Assembly: GCA_028534125.1 (NCBI GenBank)
Contig: CM052816.1
Location: 22,570,001-22,634,000 of the forward strand
DNA length: 64,000 nucleotides
Direction of reading: 5' to 3'
Origin: Lama glama
Lineage: Eukaryota
The notes under the pieces were generated by a model. The model had not been told where the DNA came from. It saw nothing but the letters and a program-made list of their open reading frames with translations, and searched no databases. Below are positions 11,541 through 24,622 of this stretch, one piece after another; the first letter of the stretch is position 1; each line of letters starts with the position of its first letter. Position numbers and translations under genes: made by a program.

Positions 11541-14500
11541 TTGGTCAAGCAATTACTGTTATGGGATTCAGAATGATACAGTGTCCACACTGTGGACAAG
11601 GGTTGCTGAGGAAAGACAGTTTAAGACTTTGGCATTGAGGAGGTCAAGCATATCTGGCTGGGTGGCAACCTCTATAAACTCGGAAGTCAGCGCAGTGACA
11701 TGATTTGAGGTAGAGCAGAATTCTGCGAGCTGGATGCCACAAAGTACATTAGCCAACAGGGGGTGAGCAGATAGTCAGCAAAGATCACATGGAGGAAGGT
11801 CATGAGCATCAGCAGCAGGAATTTTTTTCGGGAGTGGAAGAATGCGGGTTCAGAAGTGACACTAGGGGACCAAAAAGTGTGAGCTTCATCGCCCAGTGCA
11901 GATGCAGGTGACCGCGAGAAGGAGCAGCATTCACTTGAAAGAGGTGTCAGAGGAAGAGTCCTCAGGGAGAACCAGGTTTCAGTTAAAGCTTAAATGGGAC
12001 AAAGAGTTCCAGAAAGTGGGAGAAAGGCAGTAGAATTTGTGTACTGTGGTAAAAAGCATCAGAGGGGACCTGGAAAGGTTTGGGAGGAAGAGAAGCACAA
12101 GGGGTTGGAGAGACTGAGGGAGCCCTGAGCAGTGGTATCCACCAGAAGCCCCTACAGGACCCTGCAGGATGGATCCTACAGGTGACCTGTAACCCTTTCA
12201 AAAGATCTGAAAAGACTCAGACTTCTCTGTGTTCTCAGGGTTGAAAAGGCAAAAATGCATAAATCAGAAACAGGTACACACAGACTAAAAAGAAATTTGG
12301 TTGGAAAAAATTGAAAGCAATTTACCAAATCAGTATATCCAATAATACTTGTCCACAATTCCCACTCAACAGCATCCCAATAAAACCCTAGACACTTCGC
12401 TAATGAAATAACTGCACCAGAAAGGCATCAGAAAACTACCTAGGTATATCCTATTCAAGACAAGCACCAGCTGCATTTGATGGCAAATCCCAGAAGCTGT
12501 GAGGCAATGATTGGCTTTTAGGGAGCCACTTCAGATACTTCACTTCTTTTGGTTTAAAAAAATTGGCATTTAGACTGTCTTTGAGCAGGCCTTACAGCTA
12601 CTGAGAGGGCTTTGTGTCTCCAGGACACAGTCTCATCTCAGTGCCCTAGACACCTTTTAGGGAGACTGGAGAGATCTGCCTGTCTGAAAAACACAACTGC
12701 CAAAGTCAACTTTGACTGTGGCTTTGCTTCCAGTTCCAAGTGCTTTTCAAACAGCAGGGTTGATGCTGCCAATGCTAAATACTGCATATGAAATAAAAGC
12801 AACATCCATAATAAGGGACATAAATGAAGATAAAATCCTTGTGTTAGGAAAAATAAATAAAACAGTGATGGAGGGGAGTTGTGATAGGATCTGCTCCTTA
12901 TTTAAATCCATTATTTTGCTGTCTCCAGGTAAACGGCACAAAGGTGAGAGAGATCTTTAAGCCCGTGTGGTAGAGACAAATTTTGTTAGGAAGTAAGAAG
13001 CAGTGCAGACATCTGTCTGCCAGCACAAGCAACTTCAGACCAGGCGAAACTCTCTTCGGCTCATTCAGACATTTGGAATAAATCATAGGCTGCCGGCTGG
13101 AAATAACCTGTTGGGAAGGATCTCCTGAGACGCTAATAATATGCTCGGAAATTCAACGTGCTGAACAAAGAGAGCACTGTTGCAGAGTTCTGCCATGAAG
13201 CCGGCGCACCTGGCACTCTGCTGGGACGCCAAGGCCCTTGCGGCCACTGTCTGAAGTTGCAGGGGTTTTCCGCAGGGAGCACCAGGAGCTGCTGCATTTG
13301 CACGTGGTTTAGAAGAAAAAGTGTGGCAAGAACGTGGAACTGGGAGTCAGGCCGACGTACAACTGAAACCCTATTTTGTCACTCACAGTGTATGTGACCT
13401 TGGATTAGTTACCTACTCTCTCTGATGTTGTTTTAGTTTCCTTTATATAAACTGGGGTTAGCACCGTGTGGTAATTACGTGAGATGAAGTATGGAAGGCA
13501 TCTGGTGAAGCTCCCAGTTCTTAGAAAATACTAAATAGCACTTATCACACAAATAAAGCCCCAGATCCATATGCTTAATGGGGAAAGGAAGAGTTTATTC
13601 ATTATAAAACAACTGTGCTGTTAGCTGATCATGTGTTCACACCAAGTCCAGAAGATTTACAAAACAGTCCCCAGGTTCCAGAATATCTTCCAACTTTTCC
13701 AAAAACCACATGGGTATAGAGGTTCTGGCGAGGGATCCCTTAGGCTGTTCAACATTCAGGCCCTCAACTAGTTGAGTCCCTCATGCTAGACTCTGAAGCT
13801 CTAACATGACCACATGACCACTGCCTTCCTCAGTACCCAGAGAAATGTATGCTTCCCAAAGGGAATTCTTTTTCTTTCTCTACTTTTCTCCTTTCCTCCA
13901 AAAGCCCCAGCTCTTAGTCTCCTGTAGAGGTGGTCAGTTGAATGAATCTAGATGATTTCATCATGAATAAGCCCAAATGGGAGTGGGAAAGAGGATTCAG
14001 GGGTCCCTGGAACTTAAGGAGGTAATCAGAGTTCTTAGGCACTCAGAGATGGACTTTCTCTCAGCAGTTGTCCTGTGAGTTACAATATTTAAAATTTTTA
14101 AACTCTTCCTCAGCTGTAAGAGGTACTTTGCCTCCCTGGCTTCTTCCTGCCATGCTATGTGTATATATGTTGGAAAGGTGAGTGTTGAAGAGGAAAAAAG
14201 TCCTATCCTGCTGTCGTTCCTTTGGAGCTCTTACAAAGGGAGGTACAGCTACCTTTTTCCTAATGGTTAAAGACCGGCTAAAGTGTTCTTCCATGCCCTG
14301 AGACCAGCAAGTCTCCTGGTATGTTCAGCTCTTACGAGACTGCCCTGCAGGATCTTCCGTTTGCTTCTCCACTTGTTCTTTTAAGTAGAGATGCCAATAT
14401 ATAATTCTATATGCCAATCTCCGGTACATTGGCCAAGACACACTGGCTGGTCCCTTGGGCTGTACCACCACTATTTCTTTCTATTCTTCACTCCTCTAAA

Positions 14501-14600
14501 TGTCCCATCTTGTTCCCCTGATTTATTTCATAAGTGACAGTGAACTTCACCAACCCACTATAGAATATAAGGAAGCTTCCAACAGTCAGCCACCTCATAC

Positions 14601-14873
14601 CTACTCAGAAGCCTAAATTCCATAGCAAATTCAGGTCTTCAGGCCGTTGTTCTTGCTATCATAGTGCTTGGTTTTCTTTTTTCTGTTGCACATTGTTACA
14701 CTGACCCACCATATCCAACGACCAATAAGCACTTGGAGTTCATTGCTTAAGTGAGAAATATATACTAAAGGAAGTTGGTCCCTTTTGTCCTCTTGTCATA
14801 TACCACAAACCAGCGCTGAGTAGCCAGAGATTCTTTTTAAACTTTGGAAAATGAGACTCCAGTGGTGTCATTT
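14601..14873 (-). pseudogene. Exon 23 (273 nt; frameshifted in 3' third)
   Basis: Weak acceptor gtgttactag | NDTTGVSFSKV*KESLATQRWFVVYDKRTKGTNFL*YIFLT*AMNSKCLLVVGYGG... | gtatga. Confidence 0.55.
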
Positions 14874-15601
14874 CTAGTAACACTGTATACTGTGTTATAG
14901 TAGATACATAGGAAATTCGTATATTGGCTTCACTGAGATGCCACTGCACAACCACTGGACTGGCAAAACTGAAGAAAGCTTGAACAAGTATCTCTGGTAT
15001 GTCTGTGAAGAAAAGGATACTCTCATATACTAATGATGTAAGTATGAATTACTACACTGCAAACATCTATTAAAATTAAAAGTTTTAATTTAACCTAGTA
15101 TTTCAACTCCTAAGAATCTATGCCATAGAAATGAAATATTCTAGTCTGAAGGGACATAGAGATATTCACTGAAGTATTACTCATTTTGGATGACAACAGA
15201 AGACAAATTTAACACCTATCAATAGGAAAATGACAATACATTTTTTATACCCACACCATGAAATATGACGGAGGCATGAAAACAAATAAATTAGAGTTGT
15301 ACTAAATTCACAAAGAGTTTTCCATGAGAAAAAGTGTGTTCTGTAAAACAATGACAAAAAATAGGTTTTATACATACATATATCTCTTTATAAAACTCCA
15401 CCAATCTGAATAAAAAGATGGGAAGTTGTTAAAATGGATTATTTGGTGGGGGTAGAGACACAGGGTAGCAAGCTGACATGGGGAGAACAACAAAACGTCC
15501 AAGTAAACACCTTATGTAATCTTAATCACAGTTGTATGTAAAAAAAATTTTTAAATAATGATACTTATGAATTACTCTACACCCACCAACGTGGACCTCA
15601 C

Positions 15602-15639
15602 TTCAATGTCCTGGCTGCAGACTCACAGGAGGGAAGACC
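15602..15639 (-). pseudogene. Exon 22 (38 nt)
   Basis: caccttttctgtacag | GLPSCESAARTL | gtgagg; phase 0->2. Confidence 0.6.
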
Positions 15640-15720
15640 CTGTACAGAAAAGGTGTGCCTCAGGCAACTCAGGAAGATGTTTTTGTTTATCTAGAACCTT
15701 CTTTGATCCATGCTATTTAC

Positions 15721-15786
15721 TGAGTCCCTTAAACAGCTTTACTCTCTAGTGCTGAGTCCCTTAAACAGCTTTACTCTCTAGTGCTG
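15721..15786. repeat. Perfect 32-bp tandem duplication
   Basis: tgagtcccttaaacagctttactctctagtgc x2. Confidence 0.95.
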
Positions 15787-15827
15787 TTCTGAAACTGTAC
15801 TTCTCCTCTATTAAAAACTCCATATTC

Positions 15828-16276
15828 AAAAATAACAAAATAATGCCATTTGCAGCAACATGGATGAAACTGGAGATTGTCATTCTAAGTAGGCCAGAAA
15901 GAGACAGAAAAATATCAAATTATATCACTCATATGTGGAATCTCAAAAAAAAAGACAACAAATCTATTTACAAAACAGAAACAGACTCACAGACATAGAA
16001 AATAAACTTACAGTTACTGGAAGGGGAAGAGGGTGGGAAGGGCTAAATTGGGAGTTTGAGATTTGCAGATACTACTATATATAAAATAGATAAACAACAA
16101 GTTTATACTGTATAGCACAGGGAACCATATTCAATATCTTGTAGTAACTTATGGTGAAAAAGAATATGAAAACGAATACATGTATGTTCCTATATGACTG
16201 AAGTATTGTGCTATTATATACCAGAAACTGACAGCACTGTAAACTAACTGTACTTCAGTAAAAATGTATTTAGGAA
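15828..16276 (+). mobile_element. 5'-truncated L1 3' end with TSD
   Basis: L1 3'UTR; TSD aaaaactccatattc (15813-15827) / aaaaactccacattc (16277-16291). Confidence 0.9.
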
Positions 16277-16347
16277 AAAAACTCCACATTCCATGCATAG
16301 CTCTCAGAGACGGAGGAGGAGTGACTGACTTCTCAAACACCGGGTAC

Positions 16348-16480
16348 CTTTACTTGTTTTTCTCTTGCATAGTCTCAGGTACACACATTTTTATCTAATT
16401 ACACCAGCACCTCCAATAATCTTTAGAGCCTAACATCCCTCTTTCTCATTAATGAAGTATAACTTTGTTTTAGAAAAAGC
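16348..16480 (-). pseudogene. Exon 21 (127 or 133 nt)
   Basis: actaaatttcatag | LFLKQSYTSLMRKRDVRL*RLLEVLV*LDKNVCT*DYAREKQ(VK) | gtaaag or gtaccc; phase 2->0. Confidence 0.65.
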
Positions 16481-17058
16481 CTATGAAATTTAGTCCAGTG
16501 AGATAAATCTGAAGGAAAGCCGCTTTCCCTTCCTCAGCCAAATCTAAGTGATAACATGCACTCCCGAAAGACAACACTGAGAACTGCCACTCCTCACTCC
16601 CCGGTAAAGGGCAAAGTTATGGTGTAACAAATGTTACTCCCTTCACTGGGCTCAGAACACACATTTACCAGGCACATGCAAGGGTTTTGAAACAACAGGA
16701 CAATACGGTTTCTTAGTTCACAGACAAATGAAAAGTGATCCTCTGAAGAACGGTTTAGAAAATTTCATAGCATTACAATTCCATTCAGTGCTTCTCATCT
16801 TCTGCACAGCTCATATCCCTCTTAGGGAGAGAGGCCATCCTCCTCTTGTCTGAACTTAATTCTTAACCTCATCTCCATCCCCACTTCTGCATTGGGCACA
16901 TGAGGAGCTGCCTCCTCTTCCTCTTTCCTCTAACTGTAGCTTCCTGCTAGTACACGGCTAACATTTAGGAAAGTTAACCACACACTGCTCCTCATTCTGC
17001 TAACGGCAAAATGAGCCGAGTACCTAGAAGAGGCCCAGGTTGTGTCCAAGGAGCTTAC

Positions 17059-17178
17059 CTATTTTTGACCAGTCTGAAAATCTGAGAGTACCATCTCAGA
17101 TGTGTACTTAATTATCTCAATTCCACAGTTTCCTCAGGAAATTCTAGTCCACCATATGCCCAAGATACTGGTTGTTTT
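17059..17178 (-). pseudogene. Exon 20 (120 nt)
   Basis: tattttttaaattag | KQPVSWAYGGLEFPEETVELR*LSTHLRWYSQIFRLVKN | gtaagc; phase 2->2. Confidence 0.75.
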
Positions 17179-18932
17179 CTAATTTAAAAAATATGCTGCG
17201 ATTGGAAACCACTGTCCACTAGTGCTTAGTACAACTCATTTAGTCTAGCCTGTGGCTCCACTGGGCTCTTAAGAACAGCTTGAAACTTCTGGGCCATCAT
17301 TCCAAACAAATGGCCCAGATTATTTTGTAAAGTTTAATCTAACAAGGCAGGGTCCTGAAAACGTTGCCTGTAGGACCAAATTCACTCTCCAAATACCCCT
17401 AGATCTTCTGCAACTTTTGCAACATTAAACTGTGATTCCCTGGGCACATGCATTACACCATTAAATGTGTATCCTCCTTATGCTGGTTACAGAAGCAGGC
17501 CCCACTGCTGAGGGAAGCCCTGAGAGCTTGCTTAGGAATCTCTCTCTCCCACTCCTTAAAAGAAGAAAAAAAAAAAAAAAAAAACTAGGAGGTCCTCAAT
17601 CACCACTTTTCCCCCAACAGATGCCAGTATTTCAAACCGGCTCTAAAACGTCTTCTACACTGACGACTAAGACTTGAACTCTTCTACCCAATTCTTGTTT
17701 TTTTGCCAATTCTTCGTAAGTAGTCTCTGCCTGTTCTGTTTCTACTCAATCTAATTGTAATAACAGGAAGACTGTGGAGGGCCCTACAGCCTGCGGTCTG
17801 CTGACAGAGCTTGGCTGTATGAGGCTTCCAACAACATCTGATTCATCTTTGAGCACTTTTTTTGTACAAGTTCCATGGGCCCTTTCTCTACTACCTTAAA
17901 TAAAACTTTTTTTCCTAATTTCAAAAAAACTAGAAGTCTTTTATCTCACTTTGCTGGATAGTGAAGATACTGGCAAGCACTCTCTACAATCCTAAGGACT
18001 TGTTTACTTTGCCAAGCAGATGGTGGAAAAAAGGTACCTCACAGTTGTTGTATGTTGTGTTTTCATGATTAGGCATGAGAACAAGAGTAATTTCATGTTT
18101 ACTGGCCACTATGTTTATTTTTTCCCTAAGTGATTATTCAGAGACTGCTGCTATTTCTGTTGAGCTCTCGTATCTCTTATTTTGAATTAGTTTATCAATT
18201 CTTTTGCCAGAGTGTAAAAAAACAAGAGTAGACACGTATTGATTGTTAGAGTAAAACTGTCACAAGCATTTTGGAAAACAGTTTGGCCATACTTTCTAAA
18301 CTTAAAACAGGAGAGTATACTATGTGCCAGCAATTCCATTCTTAGAATGTGTCTTAAGGAAGAATCTCCCTCATGTTTTTAAGGAGATACATAATGAATA
18401 TTCATTGCAGTAGCCTTTGGATAGCAAAAATTTGTAAGTTAACTAATTGTCCTTAATTGGAGAGTATAGCTAAATAATTTCCTTTACATATAAATACAAA
18501 GAATTAATACCTTGAATATATAAAGAATAAGTAATTTATGAAGACATCATCCTTGTGAAAAATACCATAATGCTGTATACAAACCTAAATCTCTTTTATT
18601 ACCACTACAAATCCCAGGTCCCTCCAGAGAGGCAACCATTATTATCAACTCCCTATGTACCAAGTTCATAGCCTTTTTTCCATTTTTCCACTGATTTTAT
18701 TTCTTTTTTCTTTTTGAATTCTAGATTTTGAATATACTCTTGATATGAATCCAATTTCTGTTACATACACTGCAAATACTTTATTCCAGTCTGTTGTTTA
18801 TCATCTCTTTCTATAATCTCTTCTGTCTCTTCATCATAAAGAAGCTTCTGTTCTGACATCAGATTTATCAGTCTTTTTCTTTATGGCTTTTGGGGCTTGT
18901 CTAATATGGTTTATGCTATCCCAAATCATAAA

Positions 18933-19404
18933 CATAGTCATATGCTTTCTTTTTTTTTTCACATAGTAAAGAATTTATTTTGAGAAGAATAAATTATGAC
19001 TTTGTAGTTTTTCTAACACAAATTGAATGCTAAAATGGTAGTCTTATTCTAAGGCTTTTAAAGCTTAATATTAATAAGAAAGCATTTAAGAACTTCAAAT
19101 CTCAAGTTTTAGATCAGAAAATATTATCAGTATAATACAGAATTTTCAGCCAAAATTTACTCTTGAAAAGATGATAAAGGAAGGCAAAATTATAATTTCT
19201 CAATTTTAAGAAAAAGAAATATCTTTGCCAAAAACAAAACTGCTATATTAACATTTTTAGATAATTTTACATTACAAGAGGAATCACATTCATTCTTTGG
19301 GTAATTTTACTTTTTCAGTCACACACTACTGAAGATGTCCTATAATATGAAAAATTAGTTCTTTCTAAATAGAGTAGAGCAATGGTCATAGTCATATGCT
19401 TTCT
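18933..19404 (-). pseudogene. Retrocopy of an mRNA 3' end or orphan L1 3' transduction (436-bp insert 18951-19386)
   Basis: Perfect 18-bp TSD catagtcatatgctttct (18933-18950, 19387-19404); poly(A) on minus strand (T-run 18951-18959); AATAAA at 18974-18979 (minus), 14 nt before the tail. Confidence 0.85.
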
Positions 19405-19732
19405 ACTATTATTTTTATAGTTTTGGTTCTTGGTACAAAATCTTGAAAGCATGTAGGGCTTATTTTTGTGACTGCCATTAGTATAACCTTATTTCTTATT
19501 TAATATATAACCAATTTCCTTGAAACTATTTACGGAGTACTTTACATTTTCTACACTGTTTGAAATACCAATTTTACAATACAGTATTTCCTCAAACGTG
19601 CCCAAGATAAAACATTAGAACTATCCTGTAACTCTAATCCACTGAATTCACAGACACCAAATAAAAATCTCAAAATAAGTAATAAAACATTAGCTAGCAT
19701 TTAAAACCCACTCACACAGATAACAATCTTAC

Positions 19733-19846
19733 TTTTTTACTAGAATAATCTCTTATTCCATATTGTTCCTAGTAGTTTCACTTTCCTGATTGAACCACAG
19801 CCGACGCAATAGTTTTAAGTATGGCCTACTTCTTGGGATTTGTCCA
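19733..19846 (-). pseudogene. Exon 19 (114 nt)
   Basis: atcttgtttgtgcag | GQIPRSRPYLKLLRRLWFNQESETTRNNME*EIILVK | gtaaga; phase 2->2. Confidence 0.75.
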
Positions 19847-20526
19847 CTGCACAAACAAGATATACTGAACTTCATCATGAGAGAGATATAGAATCAATGA
19901 AACTGGAGCACACGTTAAAAACAGCAGTAGAGTAAGGCAGGCCAATTAAGGAGAGGTGCTTGTTTCTATTCTATAGATGAGAAAAAATGAGGGATACGAA
20001 AGTGGTGGGATTTCCCCAAAGTCTTAAAGTAAGAAGGTGGCAGAGCATAAATTTAAACAGGAGCAGTTAGTCCAGATTCCATGTACTTAACCACCACCTA
20101 AAGTGACTTCCAGTTGGAATGATTAAACATTCATGAGTCCATAATAGAACTTTAAGTTTTCCTGCAGTGTTTACTCCAAGCCTATCTATTTACCTACATT
20201 TCCCTATGTAGCTTTATAAGAGCAATAAGCAATTTCTGCATGGCTACAATTTTAAACATCATAGAATTTATTGCCATGCAGTTAAAAATAGCCAGACAAA
20301 AAGCTTAAGAAAAAGTGTTTTAAAATGTAACAGTTCTCTCATTAATGCTCAATTTGCATGACCAAGACCTAAATAAAATAATAATAATAATAATAAATTA
20401 TTCTATTTCCAATGTCAAGTAGATTTTCCACTTACAATGATGGTATAATTACAAAGTAATATTTTATATAGTTATCAGCACATACCTAACACCTATGGAA
20501 TAATAACCTTGACCTCTGACAGCTGA

Positions 20527-21026
20527 NNNNNNNNNNNNNNNNNNNNNNNNNNNNNNNNNNNNNNNNNNNNNNNNNNNNNNNNNNNNNNNNNNNNNNNNNN
20601 NNNNNNNNNNNNNNNNNNNNNNNNNNNNNNNNNNNNNNNNNNNNNNNNNNNNNNNNNNNNNNNNNNNNNNNNNNNNNNNNNNNNNNNNNNNNNNNNNNNN
20701 NNNNNNNNNNNNNNNNNNNNNNNNNNNNNNNNNNNNNNNNNNNNNNNNNNNNNNNNNNNNNNNNNNNNNNNNNNNNNNNNNNNNNNNNNNNNNNNNNNNN
20801 NNNNNNNNNNNNNNNNNNNNNNNNNNNNNNNNNNNNNNNNNNNNNNNNNNNNNNNNNNNNNNNNNNNNNNNNNNNNNNNNNNNNNNNNNNNNNNNNNNNN
20901 NNNNNNNNNNNNNNNNNNNNNNNNNNNNNNNNNNNNNNNNNNNNNNNNNNNNNNNNNNNNNNNNNNNNNNNNNNNNNNNNNNNNNNNNNNNNNNNNNNNN
21001 NNNNNNNNNNNNNNNNNNNNNNNNNN
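20527..21026. other. Scaffold gap (500 N) with duplicated flanks
   Basis: 20328-20526 is identical to 21027-21225 (199 bp). Confidence 0.95.
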
Positions 21027-21184
21027 TAACAGTTCTCTCATTAATGCTCAATTTGCATGACCAAGACCTAAATAAAATAATAATAATAATAATAAATTAT
21101 TCTATTTCCAATGTCAAGTAGATTTTCCACTTACAATGATGGTATAATTACAAAGTAATATTTTATATAGTTATCAGCACATAC

Positions 21185-21366
21185 CTAACACCTATGGAAT
21201 AATAACCTTGACCTCTGACAGCTGACATAGCAGCATTATTCAGATGGTAATGTGTGTAGTTAGCAGAGTGCCCGTCAAATCCTTGCCAATCAGGATATAG
21301 TAGCTGGGATCATTATATATCAAGTTATTCCAAAAAATAAGCAATGCAAGTGTAGCATATGCTGTT
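21185..21366 (-). pseudogene. Exon 18 (182 nt)
   Basis: ttttccagttttcatttttaag | NSICYTCIAYFLE*LDI**SQLLYPDWQGFDGHSANYTHYHLNNAAMSAVRGQGYYSIGV | gtatgt; phase 0->2. Confidence 0.75.
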
Positions 21367-21442
21367 CTTAAAAATGAAAACTGGAAAAGAAAATTATAAT
21401 GGGTACAATTCATTACCTTTTCCTTTTTTTGTATAAGCAACT

Positions 21443-23905
21443 TGTTTTTTTAAATTCACACCTAACATTATATTAGTTTTCACATGTGCAACGGAATGAT
21501 TTGGTATTTGTCTATATTTTGAAATGATCACCACAATAACTCTAGTTAGTATCTATCACCATATATAGTTGCAAACTTTTTTCTTGTGATTAGAACTTTT
21601 AAGATCTACTCTCCAGCAACTTTCAAATATAAAATACAGTATTATTAACTACAGTCACCATGCTATAGTTGACTATAGTCAATACCATATATTGAAGAGG
21701 CTGCCTTTTTCTCATTGTACGTTCTTGGTTCCTTTTTCATAAATTAATTGACTACATGTGTGTGGGTATAGTTCTAGGCTCTGCATTCTGTTCCACTGAT
21801 ACATATGTTTATTACATTATATCCCCATGACTTATTTAATTTTATAACTAGAAGAGTTTATACCTTTTGACCACCTTCACCTATTTCACATCCCCCTCCA
21901 ACCCTACCCTTGTCCCCTGCTTCTGGCAACCATCAGTCTGTTCTTGTACTTATGAATTTGTTTCATTGTTTCAGATTATATATATAAGTAAGATAACACA
22001 GTATTTGTCTTTTTCTGTCTGACTTATTTCACCTAGCATAATAGCCTCTAGGTCCATCCATATTGTCACAAATAGCAGTATTTCATTCTCTTTTATTGCT
22101 GAATAATATTCCAGTACACACACATCTTTTAACTGATTTATTTGTTTATACTTAAGTATAGTAGAGTTACAATGTTGTGTTAGATTCTGGTGTACCGCAA
22201 AGTGATTCAATTTTATATAATATATGTATCTATATTCTTCTTCATATTCTTTTCCATTATAGGTTATTACAAGATATTGAATATAGTTCCCTGTGCTGTA
22301 CAGTAGGACTTTGTTGTTTATCTATTTTATATATAGTAGTCAGTATCAGCTAATTCCAAACTCCTTATTTATCCCTCCCTTACCCATTCCACCCCCAACC
22401 ATAAGTTTGTTTTCTATGCCTGCAAGTCTGTTTCTGTTTTGCAAATACATTCACTTGTATCATATTTTAGATTCCACATATAAGTGATATCATATATTTG
22501 TTTTTCTCTGCCTGCCTGACTTCACTTAGTGTGATAATCTTTAGGTCCATCCACGTTGCTGCAAGTGGTATTACTTCATTCTTTTTTATGGCTGAGTAGT
22601 ATTTTATTGTATATGTATGTGTGTATATACATATATACCACATCTTTATCCATTCATCTGTCAAAAGACATGTAGGTGGTTTTCATATCTTGGCTGTTGT
22701 AAATAGTACTGCTATGACGTTGGGGTGCATATCCTTTTGAGTTAGAGTTTTCTCCAGCTATATGCCCAGGAGTGGGATTTCTGGATCGCATGGTAACTTC
22801 ATTTTCAGTTTTTTAAGGATCCTCCGTACTGTTTTCCACAGTTACCGCACCAATTTACATTCCACTAATAGTGCAGGAGGGTTCTCTTTCCTCCACACCC
22901 TCTCTAGCATTTATTGTTTCTGGACTTTTTAGTGATGGTCATTCTGACTAGCACACACATCTTCTTTATCTAGTCATGTGTCAGCAGACACTTAGGTTGC
23001 TTCCATGTCTTGACTAAAGTAAATAATGCTGCAGTGAACATGGGGGTATATATATCTTCTTGAATTAGTGTTTTCATTTTCTCTGAATAAACATCCAGAA
23101 GTGGAACTGCTGGAGCATACGATCGTTCTATTTTTAATTTTTTGAAAAACCTCCAAACTGTTTTCCATAGTGGCTGCATCAATTTAGATTCCCACCAACA
23201 GTGCACCAGGATTCTTTTCTCCATATCCTCACCAATACTTGTTAATTTTTGTTTTTGTTTTTAGGCAGTATCTCATTGTGGTTTTGATTTGCATTTTCTT
23301 GATGTTTAGTGATGTTAAACATCTTTTCATGTGCTCATTGGCCATGTGAATGTCTTCTTTGGAAAAATGTCTATTCGGATCCTCTGCTCAGTTTTCAATA
23401 AAATGTTTTTTCCTGTTATTGAGTTGTATAAATTCTTTATATATTTAGGGTATTAACCCCTTATGAGGTACATAATTTGTAAATATTTTCTCTCACTCTT
23501 TCATTTTGTTAATGGTTTCCTTTGCTGTGAAGGAGCTTTTTAATTTGATGTAGTCCCATCTGTTTAGTTTTGTTGCCTGTGATTTTGGGGTCAATTCTAA
23601 AAAATTACTGCCAAGACCAATGTCAAGGAGCTTACTATTTGTTTTCTTCTAGGAGTTTTATGGTTTCAGGTTTTACATTCAAGTATTTAATCCATTTTGA
23701 GCTGATTTTTGTGTATGGTATAAGATAATGGTCCAGTTTAACTCTTTCGTATGTGGCTGTTCAGTTTTCCCAGCATTATTTACTGAAGAGATTATCCTTT
23801 CCCTATTGTATATTCTTGGTTTCTTTTTCATAAATTAATTGACCATATATGTATGTGTTTATTTCTGGGCTCTCAACCTTGTTCCACTGATCTATGTGTC
23901 TGTTG
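21443..23905 (-). mobile_element. Older L1 (L1MA-like; ORF2 C-terminus + 3'UTR) hosting a younger L1
   Basis: ORF2-like peptide [33 protein letters not shown] (ORF 22970-23224). Confidence 0.92.
22129..22951 (-). mobile_element. Younger L1 3' end nested in the older L1
   Basis: TSD cacacacatctt (22117-22128 / 22952-22963); second copy of ORF2 tail (ORF 22467-22664). Confidence 0.88.
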
Positions 23906-24521
23906 CATCAACCTTTCTTAAATCATACTTAGCACTGAAATGTTCTCAAGGGTCTAGAACACCCATACCAAAGGAGACCAACAACAGCAATATGTAGTCA
24001 ATCGAATTCTGCATGATCTGATAGTAAGAAAAGATAGAAATCTCATTCAACTGTAAACTCTTCAAGGACGAAGAATGCAACTGAAGAAAGTTCAAAAGAA
24101 AATTAGTTTTAGTATCAGATTGCTGTCATCTGTTTTAACCCCCTTTTATTAGAGAGAGAATTACGGAAATATTTAAAATATAATGAATGTTATCAGGTTC
24201 AATTTGGAAGGAATAAAGGATTTTCATAATATTAAGAAACCATTTTAGTCCCTCAAATAAATTCCTAGATTTGCACACATCAAAATTAGCCTACATTCTC
24301 TAGCCTAGACAGGCAATGGTGTCTTCATAACGGAGAAATCTGAAGGATCAGAGGGCCAACTGCTTTATGTACAGTCCTTGAGCACCACAAAGAAGAATGT
24401 GAAGAGTCACCAAAACTGTCTCATCAATTCCAAATTGCAAAACAGGCCATAATGTCAAATAATTTGAAAACATGGAGAAAATTGGGACATTTTGGGTGGT
24501 GGGAGCAAACAACATAAATAC

Positions 24522-24622
24522 TTCCATTTCATTAACGGAGTGCTGCTCAAAAGCCCAAAAGACGGACTTAAGATCATGAAATGAGTCAGAAATAGGAAGA
24601 TACTGTCTTCTCAGCACTGCTC
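24522..24622 (-). pseudogene. Exon 17 (101 nt)
   Basis: tttttgttttttcacttaag | AVLRRQYLPISDSFHDLKSVFWAFEQHSVNEME | gtattt; phase 1->0, no stops. Confidence 0.7.

Noticed and set aside
20464..21051. Long ORFs spanning N runs (also 51346-51979)
   Set aside because: Artefacts of translating scaffold gaps.
21417..23934. Possible 47-nt minus-strand exon split by the L1 (donor gtaatg at 21411-21416)
   Set aside because: It would leave a ~50-nt intron before exon 18, and exon 17 already joins exon 18 in phase.
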